A stretch of 64,000 nt of DNA from Cyanobacteriota bacterium (GCA_046052125.1 JBJOMY010000001.1:256001-320000); one strand, 5' to 3'. Positions 29,750-38,864 are shown, numbered from the stretch's first letter. Notes: generated by a model from the letters alone, not told the origin. Program-made: numbers and translations.

Positions 29750-30403
29750 TCAGTCCTGGTGATCGAGTTGCTCGCGCAGGCGGTCGATCAGTCGATTGAG
29801 CCAGGCCTCACGGCGGGAGCCCGCTGGCGGGATCGAGGCCGATTCGCTGAGGTGCAGCTCCACACCCGGCGCCAGGGAGAAGCGATGCCAGCGGCTCGAG
29901 GACGCACTGCTGCGGCCTGACATCCGGCTGGCCCGCAGCGAGGGCGAGCGACTGCTCAGCGGTGAGCCGAGCAGTGGCAACAGCGACGCTGATGCCTCGC
30001 TCTCGCCACTCGGGTCCGCCTGCAAGTTCTGCAGATAGGCCAGGGCATCGTTGCTGGGCTCCACGGATGAGGCGAGCTGAGCGCTCTCATCGAGTTGGCT
30101 CCACTGCTGCTGAAGTTCAGCGTCACTGCCCACCACCAGGGGGGCAATGGCCGAGAGGCTCAATCCGCGCCGGGCCAGGGTGCGAACCAAGAGCAACTGC
30201 AGCAGATGGCGCTGGCTGTAGAGCGCACGGCGCCCGTCTTTGCCGGGTCGATCGATCAGACCCTCTGTGGCATAGAGGCGCACCGTGCGCGGCGTGATCT
30301 CCTCTCCCAGCCGTTCTCCCGCCAGCTCGAGCAACTGGTCGAGGCCATAAGCAGCCTCATCAGCGCCGTGAGCGGAAGCAGAACCGGAGGGGAGCCTCGC
30401 CAT
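29750..30403 (-). CDS. MerR-like HTH transcriptional regulator
   Basis: ITPRTVRLYATEGLIDRP..ALYSQRHL..GLSLSAI; C-terminal WHRFSLAPGVELHL. Confidence 0.85.
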   Translation of the reverse strand: MARLPSGSASAHGADEAAYGLDQLLELAGERLGEEITPRTVRLYATEGLIDRPGKDGRRALYSQRHLLQLLLVRTLARRGLSLSAIAPLVVGSDAELQQQWSQLDESAQLASSVEPSNDALAYLQNLQADPSGESEASASLLPLLGSPLSSRSPSLRASRMSGRSSASSSRWHRFSLAPGVELHLSESASIPPAGSRREAWLNRLIDRLREQLDHQD

Positions 30404-30409
30404 GCCCGA

Positions 30410-30455
30410 ATGATTACACGCTTGCACTGCAACTGTCAACATCCTGAGTAGGATG
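30410..30455 (-). promoter_or_regulatory. Putative sigma70 promoter/operator of the MerR-vWA operon
   Basis: Minus strand TTGACA-18 nt-AATCAT, 6 nt before ATG; dyad TTGCA-N-TGCAA (30422-30432) in the spacer; second dyad CATCCT-N4-AGGATG (30440-30455). Confidence 0.6.
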
Positions 30456-30475
30456 GGTGTCTCCACTCGTCTTCC

Positions 30476-30703
30476 ATGCCTCCCCTTCTTGCTTCCCTGG
30501 CCGCTGCTGCTCTGCTCGCGCAGGCCAACCCCCTGATGATCCCCGCCAAAAACGGCAACACCTGCCCGGGCGGCACCAGCTACGCCGGTGCGGGCTACTG
30601 CAAGGTGCGCGGCAATGTTCAGTACTTTCCTGCCAAGAACGGCACGACCTGCCCGGGCGGTAGTTCCTATGCCGGCGCTGGCTATTGCAAGGTGCGCCAG
30701 TGA
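30476..30703 (+). CDS. Small secreted protein with two tandem Cys-pair repeats (PAKNGxTCPGGxSYAGAGYCKVR)
   Basis: Hydrophobic leader; internal duplication with synonymous divergence. Confidence 0.8.
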   Translation: MPPLLASLAAAALLAQANPLMIPAKNGNTCPGGTSYAGAGYCKVRGNVQYFPAKNGTTCPGGSSYAGAGYCKVRQ

Positions 30704-31365
30704 GCGCCTCAACCCCGGTGATCAGCGCCCGCTACGGAGAGGCCCTGCTCTGGGCAGAAGCGATCCACCGCGACCAGCGCCGTAAGGGCAAAGCCGTGCC
30801 CTACATCTCCCACCTGATCAGCGTCAGCGCCCAGGTATGGGAAGACGGCGGCACGGAAGATCAGGCCATCGCCGCCTTGCTGCACGACGCCATTGAGGAC
30901 GCCGGCCAGAGCCATGCCTCCATTGCAGAACGCTTTGGAGAAGCCGTGGCCGACATCGTGCGCGATTGCACCGACACCAGCGACAACGCACCACCGGGCG
31001 AGAAGGAGCCGTGGCTGCTACGCAAAACCCGCTACATCGCCTCCCTCGAGCACAAGCCCGAGGCCTCTCTGTTGGTGACAGCAGCCGCCAAGGCCCACAA
31101 CGCCGGCGACATGGTGCTCGACGCCAGGCGCGATCCAGCGATGTGGAGCAAGTTCAACGCTGGGCTCGAGGGATCGGCTTGGTATCTGCTGCGGATCCAC
31201 CAGCAGTTGAAACGCCAGCTGCCTCAGAGCCGTTCGGTGGAACGGCTCGGGGAAGCCGTGAGTGAAATCCTCGTGATGGACAGCTACAAACGCCTCGTGC
31301 CAGAGGGGTTCGCACCGGCTGTATGGGCAGCGGGATATGCGGAGCGACTAGGGGCGCAGGAGTGA
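30700..31365 (+). CDS. HD-domain hydrolase, SpoT-HD/Mesh1-like (small alarmone hydrolase-like)
   Basis: HRDQRRK, PYISHL, ALLHDAIED, CTD; last motif reads AAAKAHN rather than ADKxHN. Confidence 0.85.
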   Translation: MSASTPVISARYGEALLWAEAIHRDQRRKGKAVPYISHLISVSAQVWEDGGTEDQAIAALLHDAIEDAGQSHASIAERFGEAVADIVRDCTDTSDNAPPGEKEPWLLRKTRYIASLEHKPEASLLVTAAAKAHNAGDMVLDARRDPAMWSKFNAGLEGSAWYLLRIHQQLKRQLPQSRSVERLGEAVSEILVMDSYKRLVPEGFAPAVWAAGYAERLGAQE

Positions 31366-31982
31366 TTCCCCTGTTCTTGCCTCTAGCAGCCGTTGCCCTA
31401 CTGGCCCAAACCCGCACCGCCACCGTGCTCTCCATCGGTGATGGAGACACCCTGCGGGTGCGCGAGGGCAGCCGCGTCCTGAACGTGCGCCTGGCCTGCA
31501 TCGATGCGCCGGAAACCAGTCAGGCACCCCATGGCGCCAGCGCCCGAACGCAGTTGCAGGTTCTTGCACCGGTTGGGTCAGCCGTTGAGCTGCGGATCAA
31601 AGCCACCGATCGCTACGGCCGCTCTGTGGCAGAGCTGAGCAGGAGCGGCCGCAACCTGAACCAGGCCCTGGTGGCAACCGGTGCAGCGTTTGTGTATTGG
31701 CATTACATCCAAGGCTGCGACCGCCAGACCTACAGCCGCCTGGAAACCGAGGCGCGGCTCAAAGGGCTGGGGGTGTGGTCCGTAAAGGGTGGAGTCCTGA
31801 GGCCATGGGACTACCGCTCGAAACAACGCCAACCCAGCAGCAATTCCTCTATCCCCTCAGGTCAGAAGTACACCTGTAGCCAGATCGGCTCGTACGACCG
31901 AGCACAGGTGCTGTTGCAACAGGGCCACAGCTATCTCGATCGCGATGGCGACGGCGTGGCTTGCGAGGGCTTACGGGGATAG
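31362..31982 (+). CDS. Secreted thermonuclease (SNase) with C-terminal Excalibur Ca-binding domain
   Basis: GDGDTL, VRLACIDAPE, DRYGRSVA; C-terminal C..LDRDGDGVACE. Confidence 0.9.
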   Translation: MIPLFLPLAAVALLAQTRTATVLSIGDGDTLRVREGSRVLNVRLACIDAPETSQAPHGASARTQLQVLAPVGSAVELRIKATDRYGRSVAELSRSGRNLNQALVATGAAFVYWHYIQGCDRQTYSRLETEARLKGLGVWSVKGGVLRPWDYRSKQRQPSSNSSIPSGQKYTCSQIGSYDRAQVLLQQGHSYLDRDGDGVACEGLRG

Positions 31983-32006
31983 GGGAGACCCGCCAGAGGG
32001 CATCCA

Positions 32007-32306
32007 TCAGCTGAGCTCTTGGTTGGCCACCTTCTCCCGGATCGCACGCAGCAACCGCCGCACCGCAGGTTCAACGTCCGCTAGTCCGCCACTATGACGA
32101 TCACGGCGGGCTTCAAAGAACAGGACGCAGCGCAGCTCCGTCAGGGATATCGCTGGGCCTGCATTGGCTAGATCCGCGCAGGCCTCGAAACTGCCTGCCA
32201 CCTCATAGCCATTGATGGTGTGGGCAAAGGATGGCCAGTCGCTGAAGTCACCCTCGGGGTCAGGGATCAGCTCCAGCTTGAGCTGGTTATTGGGAATCGT
32301 GCGCAT
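32007..32306 (-). CDS. Hypothetical protein (~99 aa)
   Basis: ORF from MRTIPNNQL; FAHTINGY, LFFEARRDRH look protein-like. Confidence 0.6.
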   Translation of the reverse strand: MRTIPNNQLKLELIPDPEGDFSDWPSFAHTINGYEVAGSFEACADLANAGPAISLTELRCVLFFEARRDRHSGGLADVEPAVRRLLRAIREKVANQELS

Positions 32307-32478
32307 CGTTGAGCAGCGTGTCTTGATCCAAGGGTTGCGACCGCCCCCAGAACTAGAACCTTCGGGAGCTCCCTGCAGCCTGACAACACAAGCCAGCTGG
32401 ATTAATCCCCTAAGTGGGGGATAGAACAAGCGTGTCAACCCAGGAGAATTCGCCTAGAACGCAGCAAGGGGCATCTCC

Positions 32479-33864
32479 TTGATGGGCCACAGAGTTTTTC
32501 GGCAATTGCTCGCAGGAATTTGGCTCGCAGGAGCCGCGCTGCAGGTGCCGCTACCAGCTCGCTCAGCGGACGATTGCAAGAACCCCGCTCGGCTGGATCC
32601 CCAGGAACGCACACGCTGCTCTCTGCAAGACGGTGATGGCGGAGGGAAGAAGGCGGTGGATGGTGGCACTGGTCTCCAGGTCATCGAGCTCACCACTGAC
32701 CTGGACTGGAAGAACGCCAACAAGGCCTCCATCCCCTGGTCAAAGGTCGTCAAGATCCGCTCCGCCCTCGATGGCACCTACGAGCTGGCGGTGTTTGATC
32801 GCGATTACACCTCCGACTTCAGTTCAGGCGCTAAGGAAGGGGTCGCAACCAAGTGGACCGTCGACACCCTCAAAGGTGTGGTGTTCACAGCAGGTGGCTG
32901 CGGCTTTTGGACCTGCACCTACGGCCGCGGAACGGTGGCTGACCTGCCAGATGTCGTGGAACTGCACACCAGTGGCAAGAGCTATCGGCTCTATGGCTCG
33001 AGCGGTGAATTCCCCATCCCGCAGGCCTTCATCGATGACCTGCTCGCAGCAGGTGCCGGGGCCTCGCTCAATCTGAAGCTGATCCGCGGATCCACTGGCG
33101 GCTCAGTGGTGCCCGTTGGCAAAGGAACGGTGGCGGCTCTCCAGCAGCTGTACAGCAAAGCCATTCAGACATGGGAGAAACCGGCCATTGCTTTGACGCC
33201 TCAAAACGTGAGCGGTCAGCCGCTACTGGTGGAGACCGTCGCAACCAGCTCCCTTCCCTCGGTTGTGATGCTCAAGAACGATCGAAGCATTGGCAGTGGC
33301 TTCGTGATCGCAGCCAATGGCCTGATCCTCACCAACCGCCATGTCACAGCCGGCGGTAGCCGTCGTTTCCAGATCAGCGCCGAAGGTGGTCTGAAAACAG
33401 AGGGCGAGGTGATTTATGTGGATCGCAAGCTTGACTTCGCCTTGGTGCGGGCGGATGGGCTCAGTCGCCTTAAGCCATTACCGCTTTGCTATGCGAGCTA
33501 TCCCAAACCAGGCCAGGCTGTGGTGGCGCTGGGATCACCGTTGGGGCTAGCCGGAACGGTGACCCAAGGGATCGTCAGCGCCGTGCGCGCCCCGAGCGGT
33601 GACCTCAAAGACACGGCTCCCAACTACGTCACCCTGATCCAAACGGACGCCTCGATCAGCCCCGGTAACAGCGGTGGGCCGTTGCTCAACAGCAGCGGCG
33701 AGGTGGTGGGCGTCAACACCTGGGCGCTGCGCGGTGATGACGGCCGCGCCCAAAACGTGAACTTCGCGATCTCCATCGTCGACGTGCTCAAGTCGCTGGA
33801 AGCACGCAGCCCTGGCCTGATCAAGGGCGCCAACGCCTGCGGCAATCAGATCGCCTCTAAGTGA
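32479..33864 (+). CDS. Exported trypsin-like (S1C) serine protease without PDZ, with uncharacterised N-terminal domain
   Basis: Signal peptide; GSGF, LTNRHV, DFAL, IQTDASISPGNSGGPL. Confidence 0.9.
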   Translation: MMGHRVFRQLLAGIWLAGAALQVPLPARSADDCKNPARLDPQERTRCSLQDGDGGGKKAVDGGTGLQVIELTTDLDWKNANKASIPWSKVVKIRSALDGTYELAVFDRDYTSDFSSGAKEGVATKWTVDTLKGVVFTAGGCGFWTCTYGRGTVADLPDVVELHTSGKSYRLYGSSGEFPIPQAFIDDLLAAGAGASLNLKLIRGSTGGSVVPVGKGTVAALQQLYSKAIQTWEKPAIALTPQNVSGQPLLVETVATSSLPSVVMLKNDRSIGSGFVIAANGLILTNRHVTAGGSRRFQISAEGGLKTEGEVIYVDRKLDFALVRADGLSRLKPLPLCYASYPKPGQAVVALGSPLGLAGTVTQGIVSAVRAPSGDLKDTAPNYVTLIQTDASISPGNSGGPLLNSSGEVVGVNTWALRGDDGRAQNVNFAISIVDVLKSLEARSPGLIKGANACGNQIASK

Positions 33865-34373
33865 GCAAGTCCCCCGATCAGGGGATGAAGAGCACCAGCC
33901 GTTCCGGCAACGCTGTATCCAGGCACGAACAAGCCATGACCAACAGTTCAGCAACACGATTCCCGATCAGCCCCAGCGATGAGCAACTCCGGGACACCCA
34001 CAACGCGATGCGCTCTGCCCTGATCAGCGTGAACATCTCCCGCGGGATCTTCCGGAGCCAGAGCGAGAAGCGCGGCGTGGTGATCACCGAGCTGCAGCGG
34101 GAGCTCCAGGAGCTGGAGGCTGCCCTCGGCAATGAGGCCAGGGCCAAAGCACGGCTGCATGCCATGAACAGCCGCCTTGTGGAGGTGATCCGAGAGCTGG
34201 AAGCCACCGGTGACGCCATTGCCGAAGCGGTTGAGGAAAGCCAGCAGCAGAGCGGCTTCTGGCTGGTGCGGATGTTTCAACAGCTCGTACAGCTGGCACG
34301 CCAGTGGCGATCGGTGAAGGCCAAGGCCGCTGCGATCGCGAGTGAGACCGGCCAGATCGAACCCGAGGGGTGA
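33861..34373 (+). CDS. Hypothetical coiled-coil protein (start uncertain)
   Basis: Heptad-rich ORF overlapping the protease stop. Confidence 0.65.
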   Translation: MSKSPDQGMKSTSRSGNAVSRHEQAMTNSSATRFPISPSDEQLRDTHNAMRSALISVNISRGIFRSQSEKRGVVITELQRELQELEAALGNEARAKARLHAMNSRLVEVIRELEATGDAIAEAVEESQQQSGFWLVRMFQQLVQLARQWRSVKAKAAAIASETGQIEPEG

Positions 34374-34376
34374 TCG

Positions 34377-34757
34377 ATGACCAGCCCCTCAATCGCGGAT
34401 CTACTCGAAGCAACTAGCCGCGAGCTCGCCGGCACCGATGCCCGTGTCTACCGGCGGGTCGGTGAGCACCTGCAGCGCACCGCTAAGGCCATCGAAGAGC
34501 TGAGCGCACCCGCGGAGCCAAGTCCTAGGGCACTGGCCTTGCTGGGGAAGGGAAGCTTCCTGCAGCAGAGCGTGGCCACCCTCAAATCGCTCTGCAAACA
34601 ACACGGGATACCGGGCTACAGCAAGTTGAAGAAGGCTGACCTGGCAAGGGTTTTGGAGCAGCATGGGCTCGAGCCACCGCCTCGGCCATTGGAAAGCTTC
34701 AGCAAGAAAGAGCTGATTGGGTTGGTGAAGCAGCTTCTCAACCAAGAACGTCGATGA
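34377..34757 (+). CDS. Protein with Rho-N/HEH-like nucleic-acid-binding motifs
   Basis: SVATLKSLCKQHGIPGYSKLKKADL and a second FSKKELI motif. Confidence 0.7.
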   Translation: MTSPSIADLLEATSRELAGTDARVYRRVGEHLQRTAKAIEELSAPAEPSPRALALLGKGSFLQQSVATLKSLCKQHGIPGYSKLKKADLARVLEQHGLEPPPRPLESFSKKELIGLVKQLLNQERR

Positions 34758-34911
34758 CCGCAGCCGTGCTCGAAACAAAGAGAGAATCAATCACCCCACC
34801 ACAAGACAACTGGAGGACCGAGCTTGGAGGGCTAAGAGATGGAAAATCAGAGCAATATGGACCGAAGGCATATCAGGTACGTCACTTAGAGATTTCAACC
34901 TCGACAAATAC

Positions 34912-37900
34912 ATGAGACTAGTCAGAAATACCGGCCAAGACCGCGTCGCCGAGATAGTCCGGCGATCGCTTCAAAAGAGCGTGGGATTAAGCGTGGTCAG
35001 CGAGAGCCTATCCATATTTGGTTTTGCCGACCTCCTCGCTGAACTCAATAGCGTGGACTCTTGTCAGCTCATACTGCCACCAAAGGAAACGGATCTTGAA
35101 ATACTGGGAACCACAGCAGATAGACCTGCACGGAACCGCCTTCAGAGTCGCTGGCTAGCAAGTCGTCTCCTGCAATGGATAACAGAGAAAGGGAATATTC
35201 GACGTGCGGCAACAAAAGTTCCTCAAGGTGCAATCGTTGTTCGGGATGGCGACCTTCAGCCAGTGCAGGCATTGATCGGCGCTCTCTCCTTGAGCAGCCA
35301 CGGACTGGGCCTCACACCAGGCAATCCACTGAGCTTGATTCAGGCTTCAGAGAACAAAGAGGAAGCTCAGTTAATCGATAGTTGGCTGAATGCACAATGG
35401 AACTTGCTCGCAGAAGATGAACAAGCTAAGGCCTCACTGCTAGACCACCTACGTCCCATAACAGAGCACCGTGCGCCCATACTGATTTATGCGCTGATTC
35501 TTGAAAAGCTTTTTAGCGGTCAAGAAGGTCAGTTAGACGAAGATCAGATCGTTAATGCCGCGACAGGAATCCGCAAGACCGTCGTCTGGAACAAGCTTTA
35601 CAAATTCCAGCGTGATGGCGTGATCGGCGCAATCGACAAACTCAACAGGTTTGGAGGATGCATCATTGCCGATAGCGTTGGGCTCGGCAAGACATTCGAG
35701 GCACTGGCCATCATCAAGTACCAGGAATTGCGCAATGACCGCGTTTTGGTGCTCTGCCCTAAGCGACTTCGCGACAACTGGACGCTCTACACAGCCAACG
35801 ATCGTCGGAATGTCCTTGCTGCGGATCGCTTCAACTATGACGTTTTGAACCACACGGACCTCTCACGCGATGCTGGGCTCTCGGGCGATATTGACCTTGC
35901 CCATGTGAACTGGGGCAATTACGACCTCGTCGTCATCGACGAATCACATAACTTCCGAAACAAGAAGACGCCCCAAGCGGAAGGTGAGACCCGCTACGAC
36001 CGGTTGATGCGCAAGATCATTCACGAGGGGGTGAAGACACGGGTGCTCATGTTGTCTGCTACCCCGGTTAACAATCGCCTTGCTGATCTGCGCAACCAAA
36101 TTTCATTCGCGACGGAAGGTGACGACAGAGCCCTGATCGACCATGGCATCAACAGCATCGACGCCACCACTCGCTTAGCGCAGAAGCAATTCAACCGTTG
36201 GCTCGATCTGGAGGAGGCGGACCGTACGCCGTCTCTTTTGGTCGAGATGCTGGGCTTCGACTACTTCACGCTGCTTGACCATCTAACGATCGCGAGATCC
36301 AGGCGCCACATCGAGAAGTACTACGGCACTGCCGAAACCGGCCGTTTCCCCGACCGACTCAAGCCAATCAATATCAAGGCAGATGTGGACAGTGCAGGGG
36401 CTTTCCCGCCCATTGCCGACATCAATCGAGAGATCCGCCGATTGAACCTGGCTTCCTATGCACCATTGCGCTATGTGCTCCCACACAAGCAGGCGGCCTA
36501 TGACCGCAAGTACAGCACCGAGGTCAAGGGCGGGAGCGGGTTCTTTCGCCAGGCAGACCGCGAGGAAAGCCTGATCCATCTTCTGCGCGTCAACGTTCTC
36601 AAGCGAATGGAGAGCGCTGTTTCCTCCTTTGCGCTGACGTTGCAACGCCAGCTCTCTGACGTAGAAGCCACTCTCGCTCGCATCGAGGCACAAGCTGATG
36701 AGCTCGAGGAAGTTGATATCGAGAATGTGGACCTTGACGATCCAACTTTTGAGAGCCTTCTCGTGGGCCGCAAGATCAAGGTCCTGCTAAAGGATGTCGA
36801 TCTTGTTCGTTGGAAGCAGGACCTGAGCGAAGACCGCGACAGGCTGGTCAAGCTTGTCGCAGCTGCCCAAGACGTTGAGCCAGAGCGGGACGCCAAGCTC
36901 CAGGCCTTGCGCGAGCTGATTGCTCAAAAATGCCAACAGCCAATCAATCCCGGCAACCGCAAGCTGATTGTCTTCACAGCGTTTGCCGATACCGCCAGGT
37001 ATCTCTACGAGCAGCTTGCTCCGTGGGCGAACAAGACGCTTAGTCTCCATGCGGCATTGGTCACAGGCACCGGTAGCAACCAAGCCACGTTGCCGCTTCT
37101 GCGAAAGGACCTGGCGTCGATCCTGTCTGCTTTTGCGCCACGCGCAAAGGAACGGCCTGCGGATCTTGCGAGCGAGGGTGAACTGGAACTGCTCATCGCC
37201 ACCGACTGCATCTCTGAGGGGCAGAACCTGCAGGACTGCGATTGGCTGATCAACTACGACATCCATTGGAATCCAGTACGGATCATCCAGCGTTTCGGTC
37301 GTATCGACCGCCTTGGCTCACCAAACGAGCGGATTCAGCTGGTCAACTTCTGGCCAAACATGGAACTTGAGGAATACATCAACTTGGAACAGCGCGTCAG
37401 CGGGCGCATGGTCTTGCTCGACATCTCCGCCACAGGCGAGGAGAACCTGATCGAGCAGCAGTCGGGCAACCCGATGAATGACCTTGAGTACCGGCGTAAG
37501 CAGCTCCTGAAGCTCCAAGACGCGGTCATCGATCTCGAGGACCTCTCTACTGGCGTTTCCATCGCCGACCTGACGCTGAGCGACTTCCGCATCGACCTCG
37601 CTGAGTACAGGCGGGCACACCCCGAGGCGCTGGACTCGTTACAGCTGGGCACGATGGCTGTCACGACAACGGCTGAGGCCGATCTTCCCCCCGGCATCAT
37701 CTTCTGTCTTCGTTCGGAGAGCGAGGCTGCCAAGCAGGCGTTCGAGCCTGGATACCCCATGGCACCCCATTACCTCGTGCATATGGGCGATGACGGTGCC
37801 GTGCTGCTGCCCTTTACCCAAACCAAACGCATCCTTGACCGGCTGAAGCGTCTATGCGGGGGACGGGACCAACCCGACCAAGCGGCTTGTGCTCGCTTTG

Positions 37901-38109
37901 ACAAAGCCTCGAAGCAAGGCGCGGACATGCGTCACGCGCAGCGCTTGCTGGCAGCAGCAGTGGGTTCCGTTGTCGGCAAGACGGAGCAACGTGCCGTCGC
38001 CAGCTTGTTCGCCCCGGGTGGCACGCACATATTGGCTGGCGAGTTTGCCGGGATCGATGACTTTGAGGTGATTGCCTTCCTCGTCATCCTTCCGGAGGCG
38101 GCGCAATGA
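34912..38109 (+). CDS. SNF2-family helicase/ATPase with degenerate PLD-like N-terminus
   Basis: ADSVGLGKT, VIDESHNFR, LSATP, SEGQNLQ, QRFGRIDR. Confidence 0.9.
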   Translation: MRLVRNTGQDRVAEIVRRSLQKSVGLSVVSESLSIFGFADLLAELNSVDSCQLILPPKETDLEILGTTADRPARNRLQSRWLASRLLQWITEKGNIRRAATKVPQGAIVVRDGDLQPVQALIGALSLSSHGLGLTPGNPLSLIQASENKEEAQLIDSWLNAQWNLLAEDEQAKASLLDHLRPITEHRAPILIYALILEKLFSGQEGQLDEDQIVNAATGIRKTVVWNKLYKFQRDGVIGAIDKLNRFGGCIIADSVGLGKTFEALAIIKYQELRNDRVLVLCPKRLRDNWTLYTANDRRNVLAADRFNYDVLNHTDLSRDAGLSGDIDLAHVNWGNYDLVVIDESHNFRNKKTPQAEGETRYDRLMRKIIHEGVKTRVLMLSATPVNNRLADLRNQISFATEGDDRALIDHGINSIDATTRLAQKQFNRWLDLEEADRTPSLLVEMLGFDYFTLLDHLTIARSRRHIEKYYGTAETGRFPDRLKPINIKADVDSAGAFPPIADINREIRRLNLASYAPLRYVLPHKQAAYDRKYSTEVKGGSGFFRQADREESLIHLLRVNVLKRMESAVSSFALTLQRQLSDVEATLARIEAQADELEEVDIENVDLDDPTFESLLVGRKIKVLLKDVDLVRWKQDLSEDRDRLVKLVAAAQDVEPERDAKLQALRELIAQKCQQPINPGNRKLIVFTAFADTARYLYEQLAPWANKTLSLHAALVTGTGSNQATLPLLRKDLASILSAFAPRAKERPADLASEGELELLIATDCISEGQNLQDCDWLINYDIHWNPVRIIQRFGRIDRLGSPNERIQLVNFWPNMELEEYINLEQRVSGRMVLLDISATGEENLIEQQSGNPMNDLEYRRKQLLKLQDAVIDLEDLSTGVSIADLTLSDFRIDLAEYRRAHPEALDSLQLGTMAVTTTAEADLPPGIIFCLRSESEAAKQAFEPGYPMAPHYLVHMGDDGAVLLPFTQTKRILDRLKRLCGGRDQPDQAACARFDKASKQGADMRHAQRLLAAAVGSVVGKTEQRAVASLFAPGGTHILAGEFAGIDDFEVIAFLVILPEAAQ

Positions 38110-38864
38110 ATGCCACAGACCTGATCGCCGCGTTAGATCTACCGGCCAACTCACGGGTGGACCGGCGCGTGCCCAAGACGTTGCTGTTGGAGCATGGAGC
38201 TCCCACGGCTTCGGACAAGCGCCGCATCAGGGATGGCATTGAAGAGGTGCAGTGGGTAGCGACGCTCAAGCCCACGACTATCGGTGTGCCTGCTTTCCGT
38301 GATGCAGCGCGCGAATACCCGGAGATTTCAGTTCTGACGGTGGCCTTGCGAGCGGGCGCCAAAGCCGAGAGGCTGTCAGAGCTGCTGCACCGTGCCGTGC
38401 CCTACCCGCTGTTCCTGCTCTTGGACGTGGGCACAGGGCTCACCCTCTCACTGGCCCACAAGCGCTGGTCGCAGGGCGAGGCGGGTGCCACTGTGCTGGA
38501 TGGAGACCTGGTTGCGGCGTCTGTAGCTCCGGCCAGCTCCACCCAGGTGACCACGTCGTTCCTCGAAGCGCTCTCGCTGAGCGCACAGCCGCGAGCTGAC
38601 CTGTTCAAGCTTTACCAGGGCTGGATCGATGCGGTGCTAGCCCTGCTTGCGGCTCAGCTAACAGGGCGCTTCAGCCTGCCAGGGTCGCTGGCACATGCCA
38701 ATGCCAGACGGGAGGCGTTGCGCGAATCCGCCCAGCTGGAGGCCGAGATCACCCGCCTGCGGGCTGCCGCTGCCAAGGAGAAGCAGGTGTCCCGCCGGGT
38801 AGAACTGAACATGGCACTGAAGCACGCAGAGGCGGCCCGAGCCTCCGCGCTGACACGCCTCTGA
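38106..38864 (+). CDS. DUF4391-like protein
   Basis: Position between SNF2 and Mod; LHRAVPYP and KEKQVSRRVELN motifs. Confidence 0.75.
   Translation: MNATDLIAALDLPANSRVDRRVPKTLLLEHGAPTASDKRRIRDGIEEVQWVATLKPTTIGVPAFRDAAREYPEISVLTVALRAGAKAERLSELLHRAVPYPLFLLLDVGTGLTLSLAHKRWSQGEAGATVLDGDLVAASVAPASSTQVTTSFLEALSLSAQPRADLFKLYQGWIDAVLALLAAQLTGRFSLPGSLAHANARREALRESAQLEAEITRLRAAAAKEKQVSRRVELNMALKHAEAARASALTRL

Larger units (their letters stand above)
30476..31815 (+). repeat. Copy 1 of a ~1.3-kb diverged direct repeat (peptide-HD-SNase cassette)
   Basis: Colinear similarity with 54091-55345, including long identical stretches such as GACACCAGCGACAACGCACCACCGGGCGAGAAGGA. Confidence 0.9.

Noticed and set aside
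34912..38109. DISARM or BREX assignment for the SNF2 gene
   Set aside because: No DrmA/B/C, PglZ or BrxC genes; its partners are Type III Mod/Res.
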